This document shows, piece after piece, positions 6,868 to 16,668 of a stretch of DNA of 25,387 bases. The notes below the pieces were generated by a model. It searched no databases and was not told where the DNA came from. It worked only from the letters and a program-made list of their open reading frames with translations. The DNA is from Clostridiales bacterium (GTDB taxonomy: Bacteria > Bacillota > Clostridia > Oscillospirales > Acutalibacteraceae): NCBI GenBank assembly GCA_019421725.1, contig JAHZES010000004.1, forward strand, positions 1 to 25,387. Direction: 5' to 3'. Numbering within the stretch: the first letter of the stretch is position 1; the number at the start of each line of letters is the position of its first letter. A program made the position numbers and the translations under genes.

Positions 6868-8226
6868 TTATTCTGATCCATTTTTCGCCGGAAATTCTTT
6901 CCGAAAGGCCGCAAAGAAAAAACCGTCCGTATGATGTATGTGAGGCATCAGCGTAATCTGGTATTCCGGTTCATTTACTGCCCGGCCGACCCTCGGCGGC
7001 AAGAACAGCGCCATCGGAGAAAAATCCGGATGCTCATTCAAAAAACGCAATACGACCGCATCGTTCTCCGCCGGATTCAGCGTACAGGTCGAATAAAACA
7101 GAACGCCTCCCGGGCGAACCATTCGCGACGACTGCACCAAAATACAATACTGCACCGAAGGCAGATTGTCAAGTGTTTCCGGTGATTTCAGCCGGATTTC
7201 CGGCTTTCTGCGCAGAATGCCCAAACCGGAGCATGGAACATCGCACAAAACACGATCATATATCGGTGCTGCATCACCGGTTTCGGCGTTTCTTTCTGCC
7301 GCACGGATGTTCCGGAGTCCCAAACGCTTCGCTCCCTGCTGAATCAACTGCACCCGTGCCGGGTAAAGATCGAACGCATCCACACTCCCTGTGCCAAGCA
7401 TCTGTTCGGCAACGGTAAATGTTTTGCCGCCGGGCGCCGAACACACGTCAGCAATCCTCTCTCCGGGTTTTGCTCCGAATGCATAACAAAGCAGCTGAGA
7501 AGCTGCATCCTGCACATGAAACCACCCATTCCGGAATGCATTCAGTCTCTCAATTGAACCGGTCGATGTCAAATCCATCGCATTTGAAACAACCGGATTG
7601 TCAACTGCCGAAACGTGTTCCTCGGACAACGCTTCCGCCAAGGCACGTATGGTACATTTCTGCGTGTTTACACGCACGGTAAGCGGCGGGCGCCCAAAAG
7701 AAGCTTTTAAAAGCCCCTCACAGCACTCCCTGCCGTAAGCATGCGCCCACAGCCTAACCAGCCACTGCGGCGCTGAGTAGCGCGTTCCAAGATATGTTTT
7801 CCAGTTTTTTGTGGGAGGAAATTCTATCTGTCGACCGTTTGTGTCGATTGCATGCAGAACAGCGTTCGTAAAGCCCGCTGCTCCGGCCTTGCCAAAACTC
7901 TTCACACAGTTTACCGTTTCGTTAATCGCAGCAGAAGACGGAACCCTATCCAGATAAATCAATTGATAAGCTCCCAAACGCAATGCATTACGCACCAGCG
8001 GCTCCATTGTGTGCAACCGCCGGTTTGAAAAATGTGCAATGATATAATCCAATGTGATCTGACGTTCCAAAACGCCATAAACCAAGGAGCTGGCAAAGGC
8101 CTTGTCCTTCGCAGCCAAATTCAATTCCTTCAACGTGCTGTTTAACAGCAAATTGGAATATCCCTGCTGCTCATTTACCCGAAGCAAAATTTTCAGCGCA
8201 GCATACCGCGCATTCGGCTGGCTCAT
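6868..8226 (-). CDS. rsmB: 16S rRNA m5C967 methyltransferase RsmB/Sun
   Basis: NusB-like N-terminus; VQD, CSAPGGK, DVPCSG, YSTC and DGFF motifs. Confidence 0.96.
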   Translation of the reverse strand: MSQPNARYAALKILLRVNEQQGYSNLLLNSTLKELNLAAKDKAFASSLVYGVLERQITLDYIIAHFSNRRLHTMEPLVRNALRLGAYQLIYLDRVPSSAAINETVNCVKSFGKAGAAGFTNAVLHAIDTNGRQIEFPPTKNWKTYLGTRYSAPQWLVRLWAHAYGRECCEGLLKASFGRPPLTVRVNTQKCTIRALAEALSEEHVSAVDNPVVSNAMDLTSTGSIERLNAFRNGWFHVQDAASQLLCYAFGAKPGERIADVCSAPGGKTFTVAEQMLGTGSVDAFDLYPARVQLIQQGAKRLGLRNIRAAERNAETGDAAPIYDRVLCDVPCSGLGILRRKPEIRLKSPETLDNLPSVQYCILVQSSRMVRPGGVLFYSTCTLNPAENDAVVLRFLNEHPDFSPMALFLPPRVGRAVNEPEYQITLMPHIHHTDGFFFAAFRKEFPAKNGSE

Positions 8227-8927
8227 CGGTCATTATTCCTCCGGCCGAAAATCATCAGCAGACGCAGCAGACTGAGAACAGCCGTAAACGCCGAAGCGAG
8301 ATACGTCATTGCCGCTGCACGCAGAACACGCTTTGCCCCTTCAAGCTCGTTCTGAGAAAGCATTCCGGATTCCTCAATTGCAGCCAAGGCGCGTGAGCTG
8401 GCATTGAATTCTACAGGCAAAGTGACAAGCTCAAAGAAAACAGCCGTTGAATACAGAATAATACCTGCGGTCACAATAAAATCAAACTGCACCGGCAGCA
8501 GCATTCCTAAAATAATCATTGGCATGGCAAGCTGTGAACCGATGCGCGCCACCGGAATAATCGCAGCTCTTAATTTCATGGGAGCATACCCCACCGCATG
8601 CTGTACGGCATGCCCTGCCTCATGCGCCGCCACACCCACGGCAGCTACGCTGGCAACATCATAAACAGAGTCTGAGAGACGGATTACACTGCTTCTGGGG
8701 TCAAAATGATCGGTAAGATTTCCTCTGACATGCTCCAGACAGACATTTGTAATTCCATTATTTCTCAATACTGTTGCAGCAGCATTAGCTCCGGTCAATC
8801 CCTGCGCATTTCTTACGTTAGAATACCTGGAGAAAGTCGATTTTACACTGGCCTGTGCCCAAAAAGTCAGAATCAACGCAGGCAGCATGAAAATAAAATA
8901 ATTCCAATTATAATAATAGAATCCCAT
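8223..8927 (-). CDS. Membrane zinc metallopeptidase (YugP-like, neutral zinc peptidase family)
   Basis: LTDHFDP, AAHEAGHAVQ (HExxH), TLPVEFNASSRA and AAAMTY motifs; several TM segments. Confidence 0.92.
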   Translation of the reverse strand: MGFYYYNWNYFIFMLPALILTFWAQASVKSTFSRYSNVRNAQGLTGANAAATVLRNNGITNVCLEHVRGNLTDHFDPRSSVIRLSDSVYDVASVAAVGVAAHEAGHAVQHAVGYAPMKLRAAIIPVARIGSQLAMPMIILGMLLPVQFDFIVTAGIILYSTAVFFELVTLPVEFNASSRALAAIEESGMLSQNELEGAKRVLRAAAMTYLASAFTAVLSLLRLLMIFGRRNNDR

Positions 8928-8957
8928 AACTGATCACCTCTTGAGAATTGGCAGTTA

Positions 8958-9881
8958 TTATCCCAGCAGCGTGCCAACTTCCATGCGGTGTCCCCGCAGG
9001 AAATCGGAAACATGCATTTTTTTCCCGCCTTCATACTGAAGCTCCGTCAGTTCCAAGGCTGTTTGCCCTCCGCAGGCAATGACCAGAGGCAACTCTGAGA
9101 TGATCTCTCCCGGTTTTCCTGCATGATCCGCTGCCAGACGCGAGTCATGAATTTTTAACCGCTTGCCTGCAAATACCGTTTCCGCGCCCGGCCACGGGGT
9201 CAGCCCACGAATCTGGTTATGGATTTGCCATGCCGACTTTGTCCAGTCGATCGGCGAAAGTTCCCGGGTCAACATCGGTGCATAGCAGGATTGCGAATCA
9301 TCCTGTTTGCTTCGTGTCAGCTTTCCCTCTTGCAGCAGCGAAACCGTTTCTGAACAGAGGTCTGCACCCATCAGGGACAGCCTGTCATGCAGCTGCTTTG
9401 CCGTTTCGTTTTCCCCGATCGGAGTTTCCGCTTTTTGAAGAATATCGCCGGTGTCCAATCCAATATCCATAAACATTGTTGTCACACCGGTAACGGTTTC
9501 TCCGTTGATGACAGACCACTGTATCGGTGCTGCGCCGCGATACTTCGGGAGAAGCGACGCATGAACATTGATGCATCCGTATTGTGGAAGTTCCAATACC
9601 GCCTGGGGAAGAATTCTTCCGTATGCGACCACAACGATCAGCTCCGGGGCAAGTTTCTTTAATTGCTCAAGGGCTTCCGGTGTTTTCATGCTTTGCGGCT
9701 GAAAGACCGGAATTGCATGCTCCATTGCAGCCACCTTTACAGGCGTCGGCTGCAGCGCATTGCTTCGGCCGCGCGCTTTATCCGGCTGCGTAAATACGCC
9801 GCAGATTTGGTGGCCGTCATGCAGAAGACGAAGCAAAGTAGGCACTGCAAAATCCGGCGTTCCCATAAATACAGTCTTCAT
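8958..9881 (-). CDS. fmt: Methionyl-tRNA formyltransferase
   Basis: FMGTPDFA, INVHASLLPKYRGAAPI and LDTGD motifs. Confidence 0.98.
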   Translation of the reverse strand: MKTVFMGTPDFAVPTLLRLLHDGHQICGVFTQPDKARGRSNALQPTPVKVAAMEHAIPVFQPQSMKTPEALEQLKKLAPELIVVVAYGRILPQAVLELPQYGCINVHASLLPKYRGAAPIQWSVINGETVTGVTTMFMDIGLDTGDILQKAETPIGENETAKQLHDRLSLMGADLCSETVSLLQEGKLTRSKQDDSQSCYAPMLTRELSPIDWTKSAWQIHNQIRGLTPWPGAETVFAGKRLKIHDSRLAADHAGKPGEIISELPLVIACGGQTALELTELQYEGGKKMHVSDFLRGHRMEVGTLLG

Positions 9882-9929
9882 TGCATATCATCACTTTCTC
9901 TGATTTTAACAAGGCGCGGATTTCATCGG

Positions 9930-10394
9930 TTATTCTTCCGAATCCGGCTCTACATATTCCACAACATGGCTGCGAAACAGAATTCCATCAAGGTGATCAA
10001 GCTCATGACAAAATGCACGGGCAAGCAAATCCTGACCGGTGTATTCATGATAAATTCCCAGACGGTCCTGTGCGCGCACTTTGACCCATAACGGCCGCTT
10101 GGTAATCCCCCAGATCCCCGGACAGGAAAGGCACCCTTCCATCTCCTGCTGTGTGCCGTGTTTTTCAATAATCTGCGGGTTTACCAGTTCAATTGGCCCC
10201 TCTCCAGCATCAATCACGACAACGCGGCGCAGGATCCCGACTTGCGGTGCAGCTAATCCAACACCGTTCGCTTCGTACATCGTCTCCAGCATATCGTCAA
10301 TCAACTCGGCCAACTTTCGGTCAAATTTTTCGACTGTACGGCATTTTTTCAGGAGAATGTCGTCCCCTTCTTTTACGATATTGCGAATTGCCAT
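9930..10394 (-). CDS. def: Peptide deformylase
   Basis: GVGLAAPQ, EGCLS and HELDH motifs. Confidence 0.98.
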   Translation of the reverse strand: MAIRNIVKEGDDILLKKCRTVEKFDRKLAELIDDMLETMYEANGVGLAAPQVGILRRVVVIDAGEGPIELVNPQIIEKHGTQQEMEGCLSCPGIWGITKRPLWVKVRAQDRLGIYHEYTGQDLLARAFCHELDHLDGILFRSHVVEYVEPDSEE

Positions 10395-10420
10395 AGTACC
10401 TCAGTTCCTTCCGTAAACCA

Positions 10421-12868
10421 TTATAGTATATTGTCTGGATTCATATCAACATATGCCGTAACTCCGTTAAATTTCTTACTTTGCCCGTGCAGAACCAGCA
10501 GCCGCGCCAGCATCTGACGAAAGCGGGCGCTCCCACGGCATTTAATCAGAAGCTTATAGCGAAATTTCTGATTAACACGAAGAATGGCAGCCGGCGAAGG
10601 GCCGATCACCCTCAACGGAAGTTCGGGATACTCCGCTGCCGCAAGGGTTTTAAATGCACTTAAAAAGGAATCCGCAGCTTCTTTGACCGGCGACTCTGCA
10701 GTGCCGACAAAACCCACGACACAAAGGTCTGCAAACGGAGGATAAAGCATTGCCCGCCTTACTTCAATTTCGCCACGGTAAAATGCGTCGTAATCCTGCT
10801 GTGCCGCCATACGAATTACCGGGCTTTGCGGTGTCATGGTCTGAATCAGCGCTTTTCCGCCGACAGCGCCGCGCCCGGCACGCCCAACCACCTGTGTCAG
10901 CAATGAAAACGCCCGTTCATAACTGCGAAAATCATCTCCGTACAGCTCCTGATCGGCAGAAAGAACACCTACAAGTGTTACATTGGGAAAGTCCAGTCCT
11001 TTTGCAACCATCTGCGTACCAATCAGAATATCATACTTTCCGGCCGAAAACTGCTTCAGCTTTTCCTCGTGCGAAAAACGTGCCATAGTGGTATCCGCAT
11101 CCATCCGGAGCACACGTGCCTGCGGGAAAAGCTCTCCCAACTCCTCTTCCGCGCGCTGAGTGCCAACACCACCGTACCGTATTGCCGGTTCGCCGCAATA
11201 GGGGCATTTTTCCGGCAGCGGGACCGAATGGCCGCAGTAATGGCACATCAGCCGATGATTTGCCGTATGGTAGGTCATTGAAATACTGCAATTAGGGCAG
11301 GTAAGTACTTTCTGACAGGCGCTGCAAGAAACAAATGTATGATAACCACGCCGGTTCAGCAGCAGGATCGACTGGTGCTTCTCCTTCAAATTACGGGTCA
11401 ATTCTTCAACCAACCGCGTACTGAAGGTTCCGAACCTTCCCGCGTTTTCTGCCATGTCGACGATTTCGACCTGCGGGAGCCGTGCATTTCCATACCGATT
11501 TTTCAACACATTACAGCCGTAACGGCCATTCTGCGCATAATAGAAACTTTCCACCGACGGTGTTGCCGAAGCGAGAAGCAACAGTGCGTGATGATATTGG
11601 CACCGAAAACGTGCAATCTCTTTTGCATGAAAACGTGGCGATGATTCGGATTTGTAAGTCTGTTCCTGCTCCTCGTCCATCACGATCAGTCCTATGGACC
11701 GAAACGGCGCGAAAACAGCGGAACGCGTTCCAATCGCAATTTTCGCCTCACCGCGGAAAACACGCATCCATTCATCTTTACGTTCTCCCAGAGAAAGCGC
11801 ACTGTGAAACACCGCGATCTGTGACCCGAAGCACCGGCGAAACAAACCGATCAACTGCGGTGTCAAAGAAATTTCCGGAACCATCAGAATCACGTTGTCG
11901 CCACGGCGAACCGTCTCATTGATCAGACGAAGAAATACCGAAGTTTTACCGCTTCCTGTAACACCGTAAAGCAACGAAATCCCGCCGCCGGTTCTCTGTT
12001 TTTGCAAAAGTGCAGCAAAGGCTTTTTCCTGCTCCTGTGTCAGTTCAACCGCGGAAGGGTCGCTGCGAACTTCCGGCTCGGATGAATACCGGCTCCGGCT
12101 GACAGCCGCCTCGTAGAATTCAACAATTCCCTTTTTTTCTAATGTTCGCAGTACGGAGGATGTTACTCCGCAAAAGTAACAAATTTCTTTATAAGCAGCG
12201 GAACCGACTTCCTGCAGCAATCCTACAACAGCCTTCTGTCTGGCGGTCATCTTTTCCGGAAAAGGCCGTTCGGTTAAGCGGACCATACGCATTGAAGCAT
12301 CGCCGATCTGCTGCACCGCCGTTTGCGAACGTATTAAAACCCCTTTTTGGGACAACCGAAGGAGCGTTTTTCTGCAGGATTCCGTCGGCATCCCAAGACG
12401 GGCTGCAATTTTATCCTCCGGCAGAAGCCCCGCATTCTTTTTCAAAAAAATTACGATCTGCCGCTCTTCTGCCGACAAAGCTTCCAATTCTTTTTCAGGA
12501 AAATCCGCCGCTGCATAACAGTCCTTCATTTTTAAATTGATTCCAGCAGGAAGCATTAACCGCGCGGCTTCAAAAATTGTACAAAATGTTGTTTCTTTCA
12601 TCCACAACGCCAATCGAAGCATTTCCGGGCTCAGAAACGGCTGTTCATCAGGCAGGTCGCTCACCGGCTTTAATGATTCTCCCGTTCCTTCCGAGCAGGA
12701 AAGAACAATCCCCTGTCGCTGGCGATCTCCACGGCCAAAGGGTACCAACACCCGGCAGCCCGGGCAGACACGCTTTTTTAAATTTTCCGGAACGACATAA
12801 TCAAACGGCTTATCAAAGTGATAGGCCGTTTGATCTACCGCTACCTGCACAATGGGAACCATCTTCAT
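10421..12868 (-). CDS. priA: Primosomal protein N' (replication restart helicase)
   Basis: GVTGSGKT, DEEQ, SATPS, four CxxC pairs, KGLDFP and QVVGRAGR motifs. Confidence 0.97.
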   Translation of the reverse strand: MKMVPIVQVAVDQTAYHFDKPFDYVVPENLKKRVCPGCRVLVPFGRGDRQRQGIVLSCSEGTGESLKPVSDLPDEQPFLSPEMLRLALWMKETTFCTIFEAARLMLPAGINLKMKDCYAAADFPEKELEALSAEERQIVIFLKKNAGLLPEDKIAARLGMPTESCRKTLLRLSQKGVLIRSQTAVQQIGDASMRMVRLTERPFPEKMTARQKAVVGLLQEVGSAAYKEICYFCGVTSSVLRTLEKKGIVEFYEAAVSRSRYSSEPEVRSDPSAVELTQEQEKAFAALLQKQRTGGGISLLYGVTGSGKTSVFLRLINETVRRGDNVILMVPEISLTPQLIGLFRRCFGSQIAVFHSALSLGERKDEWMRVFRGEAKIAIGTRSAVFAPFRSIGLIVMDEEQEQTYKSESSPRFHAKEIARFRCQYHHALLLLASATPSVESFYYAQNGRYGCNVLKNRYGNARLPQVEIVDMAENAGRFGTFSTRLVEELTRNLKEKHQSILLLNRRGYHTFVSCSACQKVLTCPNCSISMTYHTANHRLMCHYCGHSVPLPEKCPYCGEPAIRYGGVGTQRAEEELGELFPQARVLRMDADTTMARFSHEEKLKQFSAGKYDILIGTQMVAKGLDFPNVTLVGVLSADQELYGDDFRSYERAFSLLTQVVGRAGRGAVGGKALIQTMTPQSPVIRMAAQQDYDAFYRGEIEVRRAMLYPPFADLCVVGFVGTAESPVKEAADSFLSAFKTLAAAEYPELPLRVIGPSPAAILRVNQKFRYKLLIKCRGSARFRQMLARLLVLHGQSKKFNGVTAYVDMNPDNIL

Positions 12869-12892
12869 CTGTGCCTTCCATTTGCTTTGGTG

Positions 12893-13186
12893 TTAATATT
12901 CATCTGAAGAATCGTCTTCAGACGACTCTTCTAAAGCGCAGCCATGTTCACTCGCTTTTTCCGGAGAGTCCTCTTCGTCCCCATCATCAGACTCCGGCGG
13001 CTCGACGATCGCATACTCTTTGTCCAAAAACTCATCTCCCGCAAGACCGACCGGTTTTTCGACGAGAAGATCTCCATTCTGTTCTGCCTCTTCTACAATC
13101 TGGCGGGCACGCTTTGCAATGCCGATCACGAGAGCATAACGGCTCGGCACATTTTCAATTGCACTGTCAACAATCGGTTTTAACAT
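12893..13186 (-). CDS. rpoZ: RNA polymerase omega subunit with an acidic C-terminal tail
   Basis: SRYALVIGIAKRARQI and KPV motifs; lies between gmk and priA. Likely start is ATG 13186. Confidence 0.93.
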   Translation of the reverse strand: MLKPIVDSAIENVPSRYALVIGIAKRARQIVEEAEQNGDLLVEKPVGLAGDEFLDKEYAIVEPPESDDGDEEDSPEKASEHGCALEESSEDDSSDEY

Positions 13187-13209
13187 AATCTGAATCAGTC
13201 CCTTTCCAA

Positions 13210-13800
13210 TCAAATCATAACTTCATTGCGTGCGGCACGGCAATGCTCGGCGCGCAGGATGGCTTTCATATCATCAACAGCCGTTTTCAGTTCTCCGTTT
13301 ACCACTACATAATCATACTGTGCGGCAAAGGCCAGCTCCTCTTTTGCCTTGGCCAGCCGTTTTAAAATAGTTTCTTCATCCTCGGTCTTTCGCCTGCGCA
13401 GACGGTTTTCCAAAACCTCCATAGAGGGCGGCAGAATAAAAACCGTGACACACTCAGGGAATTTCTGCTTGATTTGCAGCGCGCCCTGCACTTCAATTTC
13501 CAGAATGACATCTTTTCCGTTCTTCATAGCGTCTTCAACCGGTCTGCGCGGTGTACCGTAATAATTACCGCAGTAACAGGCATGCTCAAGCATGCCTCCG
13601 TCAGCAATTATCTGTTCAAACTGCTTTTTGCTCAAAAAGAGATAATTGACACCATTCTGTTCCCCTTCGCGGGGAGCTCGAGTTGTAGCAGAAACCGAAA
13701 GCATCACTGAAGATTCCTGTTCCAAAACGTCATGTAAAATCGTCCCCTTGCCAGAGCCGGACGGCCCGGAAAACACGATCAGCAAACCTTTATTCTTCAT
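13210..13800 (-). CDS. gmk: Guanylate kinase
   Basis: [23 protein letters not shown] and EIEVQG motifs. Likely start ATG 13800 overlaps the remA end. Confidence 0.97.
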   Translation of the reverse strand: MKNKGLLIVFSGPSGSGKGTILHDVLEQESSVMLSVSATTRAPREGEQNGVNYLFLSKKQFEQIIADGGMLEHACYCGNYYGTPRRPVEDAMKNGKDVILEIEVQGALQIKQKFPECVTVFILPPSMEVLENRLRRRKTEDEETILKRLAKAKEELAFAAQYDYVVVNGELKTAVDDMKAILRAEHCRAARNEVMI

Positions 13801-14068
13801 CCTCACCGTACTCCTCGTCAACATCATCCTCGTCTCGGTCATTCAGTCTGTTTGCCACGGTTTCAGGTTGCACTGCAGAAAGAATCACATGGTCGCTGTC
13901 AGTCACGATCACTGCGCGGGTCCTTCGGCCATATGTTGCATCAATTAATGAACCGCGTTCCTTAGCATCCTGTACAATCCGCTTTATTGGAGCCGATTCT
14001 GGACTGACGATGGCAACAAGACGATTAGCCGAAACCATATTGCCGAACCCAATATTAATCAGTTTCAT
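13790..14068 (-). CDS. remA: RemA/DUF370 regulatory protein
   Basis: [29 protein letters not shown] and ILSAVQPET; canonical yicC-remA-gmk synteny. Confidence 0.95.
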   Translation of the reverse strand: MKLINIGFGNMVSANRLVAIVSPESAPIKRIVQDAKERGSLIDATYGRRTRAVIVTDSDHVILSAVQPETVANRLNDRDEDDVDEEYGEDEE

Positions 14069-14083
14069 CGCTTTGCCCTCCGT

Positions 14084-14962
14084 TTATTCAAGGTTCTGAA
14101 TCTGCTCACGGATTTTCTCAATTTCTGCTTTCATTTCAATTACCATATGTGCAATCGAAGCATCCTGGGCCTTTGAACCGATCGTATTTGCTTCCCTGTT
14201 TAATTCCTGTACGACAAAATCGAGCTTGCGGCCAATCCCTGTGCCGGATTCCAGCATTTGAGTCATTTCGGCGAAATGGCTGCGCAAACGAACCGTTTCC
14301 TCAGCAACAGCAATTCTGTCCGCAAAAATAGCCGCTTCTGTAAGGATCCGCTGCTCGTCCAACGGCGCTTCCCCGATCAGTTCATGAATATGCGTCACCA
14401 GACGCTCCTTATACTCAACAACAGTTTTTGGGGAACGTTTTTCGATTTCCTCCACATTTCCAAGCAAAACTTTCATACGGGATTCCACATCCGCACGCAG
14501 TCTGGCGCCTTCAGCCTCACGCATTGCTATAAAGTGATCCACAGCCTCGCGCAAAACCGGACGGACCGCAGCCCAAACCGCATCTTCATTTTCCGGCGCC
14601 CGGTGAATTGTCAGCACATCCGGATAGCGGGCAATTACCGATGCCGATAAATCATCCTTTAAACCGTACTGCTCTGCAATTTTTCGCAAAGCCTGAACAT
14701 ACCCCGATGCCAGCGATTCGTTTACCGTTACGTCTGCGCTGGAGGAGTCCACCGTCTGGATCTCTACAAAAACATCGATTTTTCCTCTGCACACTCTGCC
14801 CTGCAGGTAAGACTTGATGTTATCCTCCAAAAATCCATAGCCCCGTGTGATCCGCGAGGAAAACTCATAGTAGCGGTGATTGACCGACTTGATCTCAATG
14901 GTAACATCCATACCCTGAACCGTTTGCTGCGCACGCCCGTAACCGGTCATACTTTTTATCAT
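14084..14962 (-). CDS. yicC: YicC/YloC family endoribonuclease
   Basis: SMTGYG, KSVNHRY, GRKLDF, NREANTIGSK and REQIQNLE motifs. Start ATG 14962 or TTG 14971. Confidence 0.95.
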   Translation of the reverse strand: MIKSMTGYGRAQQTVQGMDVTIEIKSVNHRYYEFSSRITRGYGFLEDNIKSYLQGRVCRGKIDVFVEIQTVDSSSADVTVNESLASGYVQALRKIAEQYGLKDDLSASVIARYPDVLTIHRAPENEDAVWAAVRPVLREAVDHFIAMREAEGARLRADVESRMKVLLGNVEEIEKRSPKTVVEYKERLVTHIHELIGEAPLDEQRILTEAAIFADRIAVAEETVRLRSHFAEMTQMLESGTGIGRKLDFVVQELNREANTIGSKAQDASIAHMVIEMKAEIEKIREQIQNLE

Positions 14963-15002
14963 TTTCTTCAACCCGATTCTGTTAAGATAATTTTCTTTTT
15001 TT

Positions 15003-15032
15003 ATTGTACCAGTTTTCGTGGAAACATGTCAA
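15003..15032 (-). promoter_or_regulatory. SigA promoter of the yicC...thiN operon
   Basis: TTGACA, 18-nt spacer, TG-N-TACAAT extended -10; AT-rich upstream region. Confidence 0.75.
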
Positions 15033-15116
15033 CCAAAAAAACAAATATTTGTTCTGTTTGCACATATATTTCTTTATTTTATTAGGCAATATAAGTAATT
15101 GAGCACCTGCCAATGC

Positions 15117-15150
15117 AAAAAACAAAGCCCCCCATAAACGGAAGGCTTTG
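15117..15150 (-). terminator. Intrinsic terminator of the carboxyltransferase operon
   Basis: CAAAGCCTTCC-GTTTAT-GGGGGGCTTTG followed by TTTTTT, just after the stop at 15174. Confidence 0.88.
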
Positions 15151-15173
15151 CGTACATTATGAAGCGGACTCAA

Positions 15174-16574
15174 TCAGACCGGATGGACCTTTTCCTTCAT
15201 GTCAAGATGCTCGCCGTCAATACCGTATTTTTTGTTGCGGCGCTCTTCAAAGAATTTTTTCGAAACCTGCGGGAACTGCGCATAGGAAAGAACATCCTCA
15301 TCCTGCTCAATAAATTCGGAAATTTCTCCGCGCAGCTTTTCCAACTCCGGTTCCAACAGGTCAGCAGGACGGCATTCAATCGGCTCTTCGTCGCCGATAA
15401 TTTTTTTGCGGAATTCAGGGTCAATTTTAATAGGCGTCTGGCCGTACTGACCGCGCACCAGACCCTTGAACTCATTGGTGCACATTTTGTAGCGTTCCCC
15501 TGTAATGACGTTGAACACTGCCTGGGTTCCTACGATCTGAGAAGACGGAGTAACAAGCGGCGGATATCCGGCGTCAGCGCGCACACGCGGAACCTCCTGC
15601 ATAACTTCGTCAAGCTTATCCAGCTTTCCGGCTTCCTTCAACTGAGAAGCCAGATTGGAAAGCATACCGCCGGGCACCTGGTAAATCAACGCCTTTGTAT
15701 CTGTCGCAAGCATATCCGTCGAAAGCAGGCCCCGTTTGATATAGTCGCGGCGAAGCTCCATAAAATATGCACGGATCTCTGCAAACTGCGTCAGATCCAA
15801 GCCCGTATCATACTCTGTTCCCTGCAGCGCAGCAACCATGGATTCCGTCGGAGCATGGGAAGTGCCCAGTGCCAACGGAGACATTGCCGTGTCAATAATA
15901 TCGGCACCGGCCTCTATTCCCTTAAGCAGGCACATGCAAGCCAAACCGGAAGTATAATGAGTATGCAGCTGAATCGGAATGCTGACCGTTTCCTTAAGGG
16001 CCTTCACCAGCTCATATGTCGCGGTCGGGGTCAGCAAAGCCGCCATATCCTTAATGCAGATAGAGTTTGCGCCAAGGTCTTCAAGCTGTTTGGCATACCG
16101 GGTATAATATTCGGTGGTAAAAACCGGCCCCGTAGTATAGGAAATTGCTGCCTGAACATGAGCCTTTTCTTTTACAGCGGCCTTAATGGAGGTCTGCAGA
16201 TTGCGAATGTCATTCAAAGCATCGAAAATCCGGATGATATCGATACCATTTGCAACGGATTTCTGAACAAAGTATTCAACGACATCATCGGCATAGTGAC
16301 GATATCCCAACATATTCTGACCGCGAAACAGCATTTGAAGCTTTGTGTTGGGGCATTTCTCACGCAAAAGACGCAGACGATCCCACGGATCTTCATGCAA
16401 GAAACGCAGGCAGCTGTCAAACGTGGCGCCGCCCCAGCATTCCAGAGAATGAAAGCCGATCTTATCAAGCTGCGGCAAAATAGGCTCCATTTCCGCAGTA
16501 GACATTCTTGTCGCAAGAAGAGACTGATGTGCATCGCGGAGCACAGTCTCTGTAATCAGAACTTTTTTAGCCAT
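15174..16574 (-). CDS. Pyruvate/oxaloacetate carboxyltransferase (OadA / pyruvate carboxylase subunit B / transcarboxylase 5S-like), without a fused biotinyl domain
   Basis: RDAHQSL, ECWGGATFD, RGQN, IKDMA, HTH metal ligands and PPLVTP. Confidence 0.93.
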   Translation of the reverse strand: MAKKVLITETVLRDAHQSLLATRMSTAEMEPILPQLDKIGFHSLECWGGATFDSCLRFLHEDPWDRLRLLREKCPNTKLQMLFRGQNMLGYRHYADDVVEYFVQKSVANGIDIIRIFDALNDIRNLQTSIKAAVKEKAHVQAAISYTTGPVFTTEYYTRYAKQLEDLGANSICIKDMAALLTPTATYELVKALKETVSIPIQLHTHYTSGLACMCLLKGIEAGADIIDTAMSPLALGTSHAPTESMVAALQGTEYDTGLDLTQFAEIRAYFMELRRDYIKRGLLSTDMLATDTKALIYQVPGGMLSNLASQLKEAGKLDKLDEVMQEVPRVRADAGYPPLVTPSSQIVGTQAVFNVITGERYKMCTNEFKGLVRGQYGQTPIKIDPEFRKKIIGDEEPIECRPADLLEPELEKLRGEISEFIEQDEDVLSYAQFPQVSKKFFEERRNKKYGIDGEHLDMKEKVHPV

Positions 16575-16668
16575 TCTTTATGACCATTCCTTTCTTGCAG
16601 GATTCACAGCATGGAACAGCACAAATTCCTTTCTGTATTCCTGAAAACGAGTTCGAAACGGGTGCTTC

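Noticed and set aside
15011..15026. parS-like AGTTTTCGTGGAAACA in the promoter spacer
   Set aside because: Six mismatches to TGTTTCACGTGAAACA, including the central core.
15043..15054. LexA (GAAC-N4-GTTC) box AAATATTTGTTC
   Set aside because: Two mismatches in the left half-site within AT-rich DNA; not supportable.
15159..16583. 474-aa plus-strand ORF
   Set aside because: Antisense mirror of the conserved carboxyltransferase gene, with no family features.
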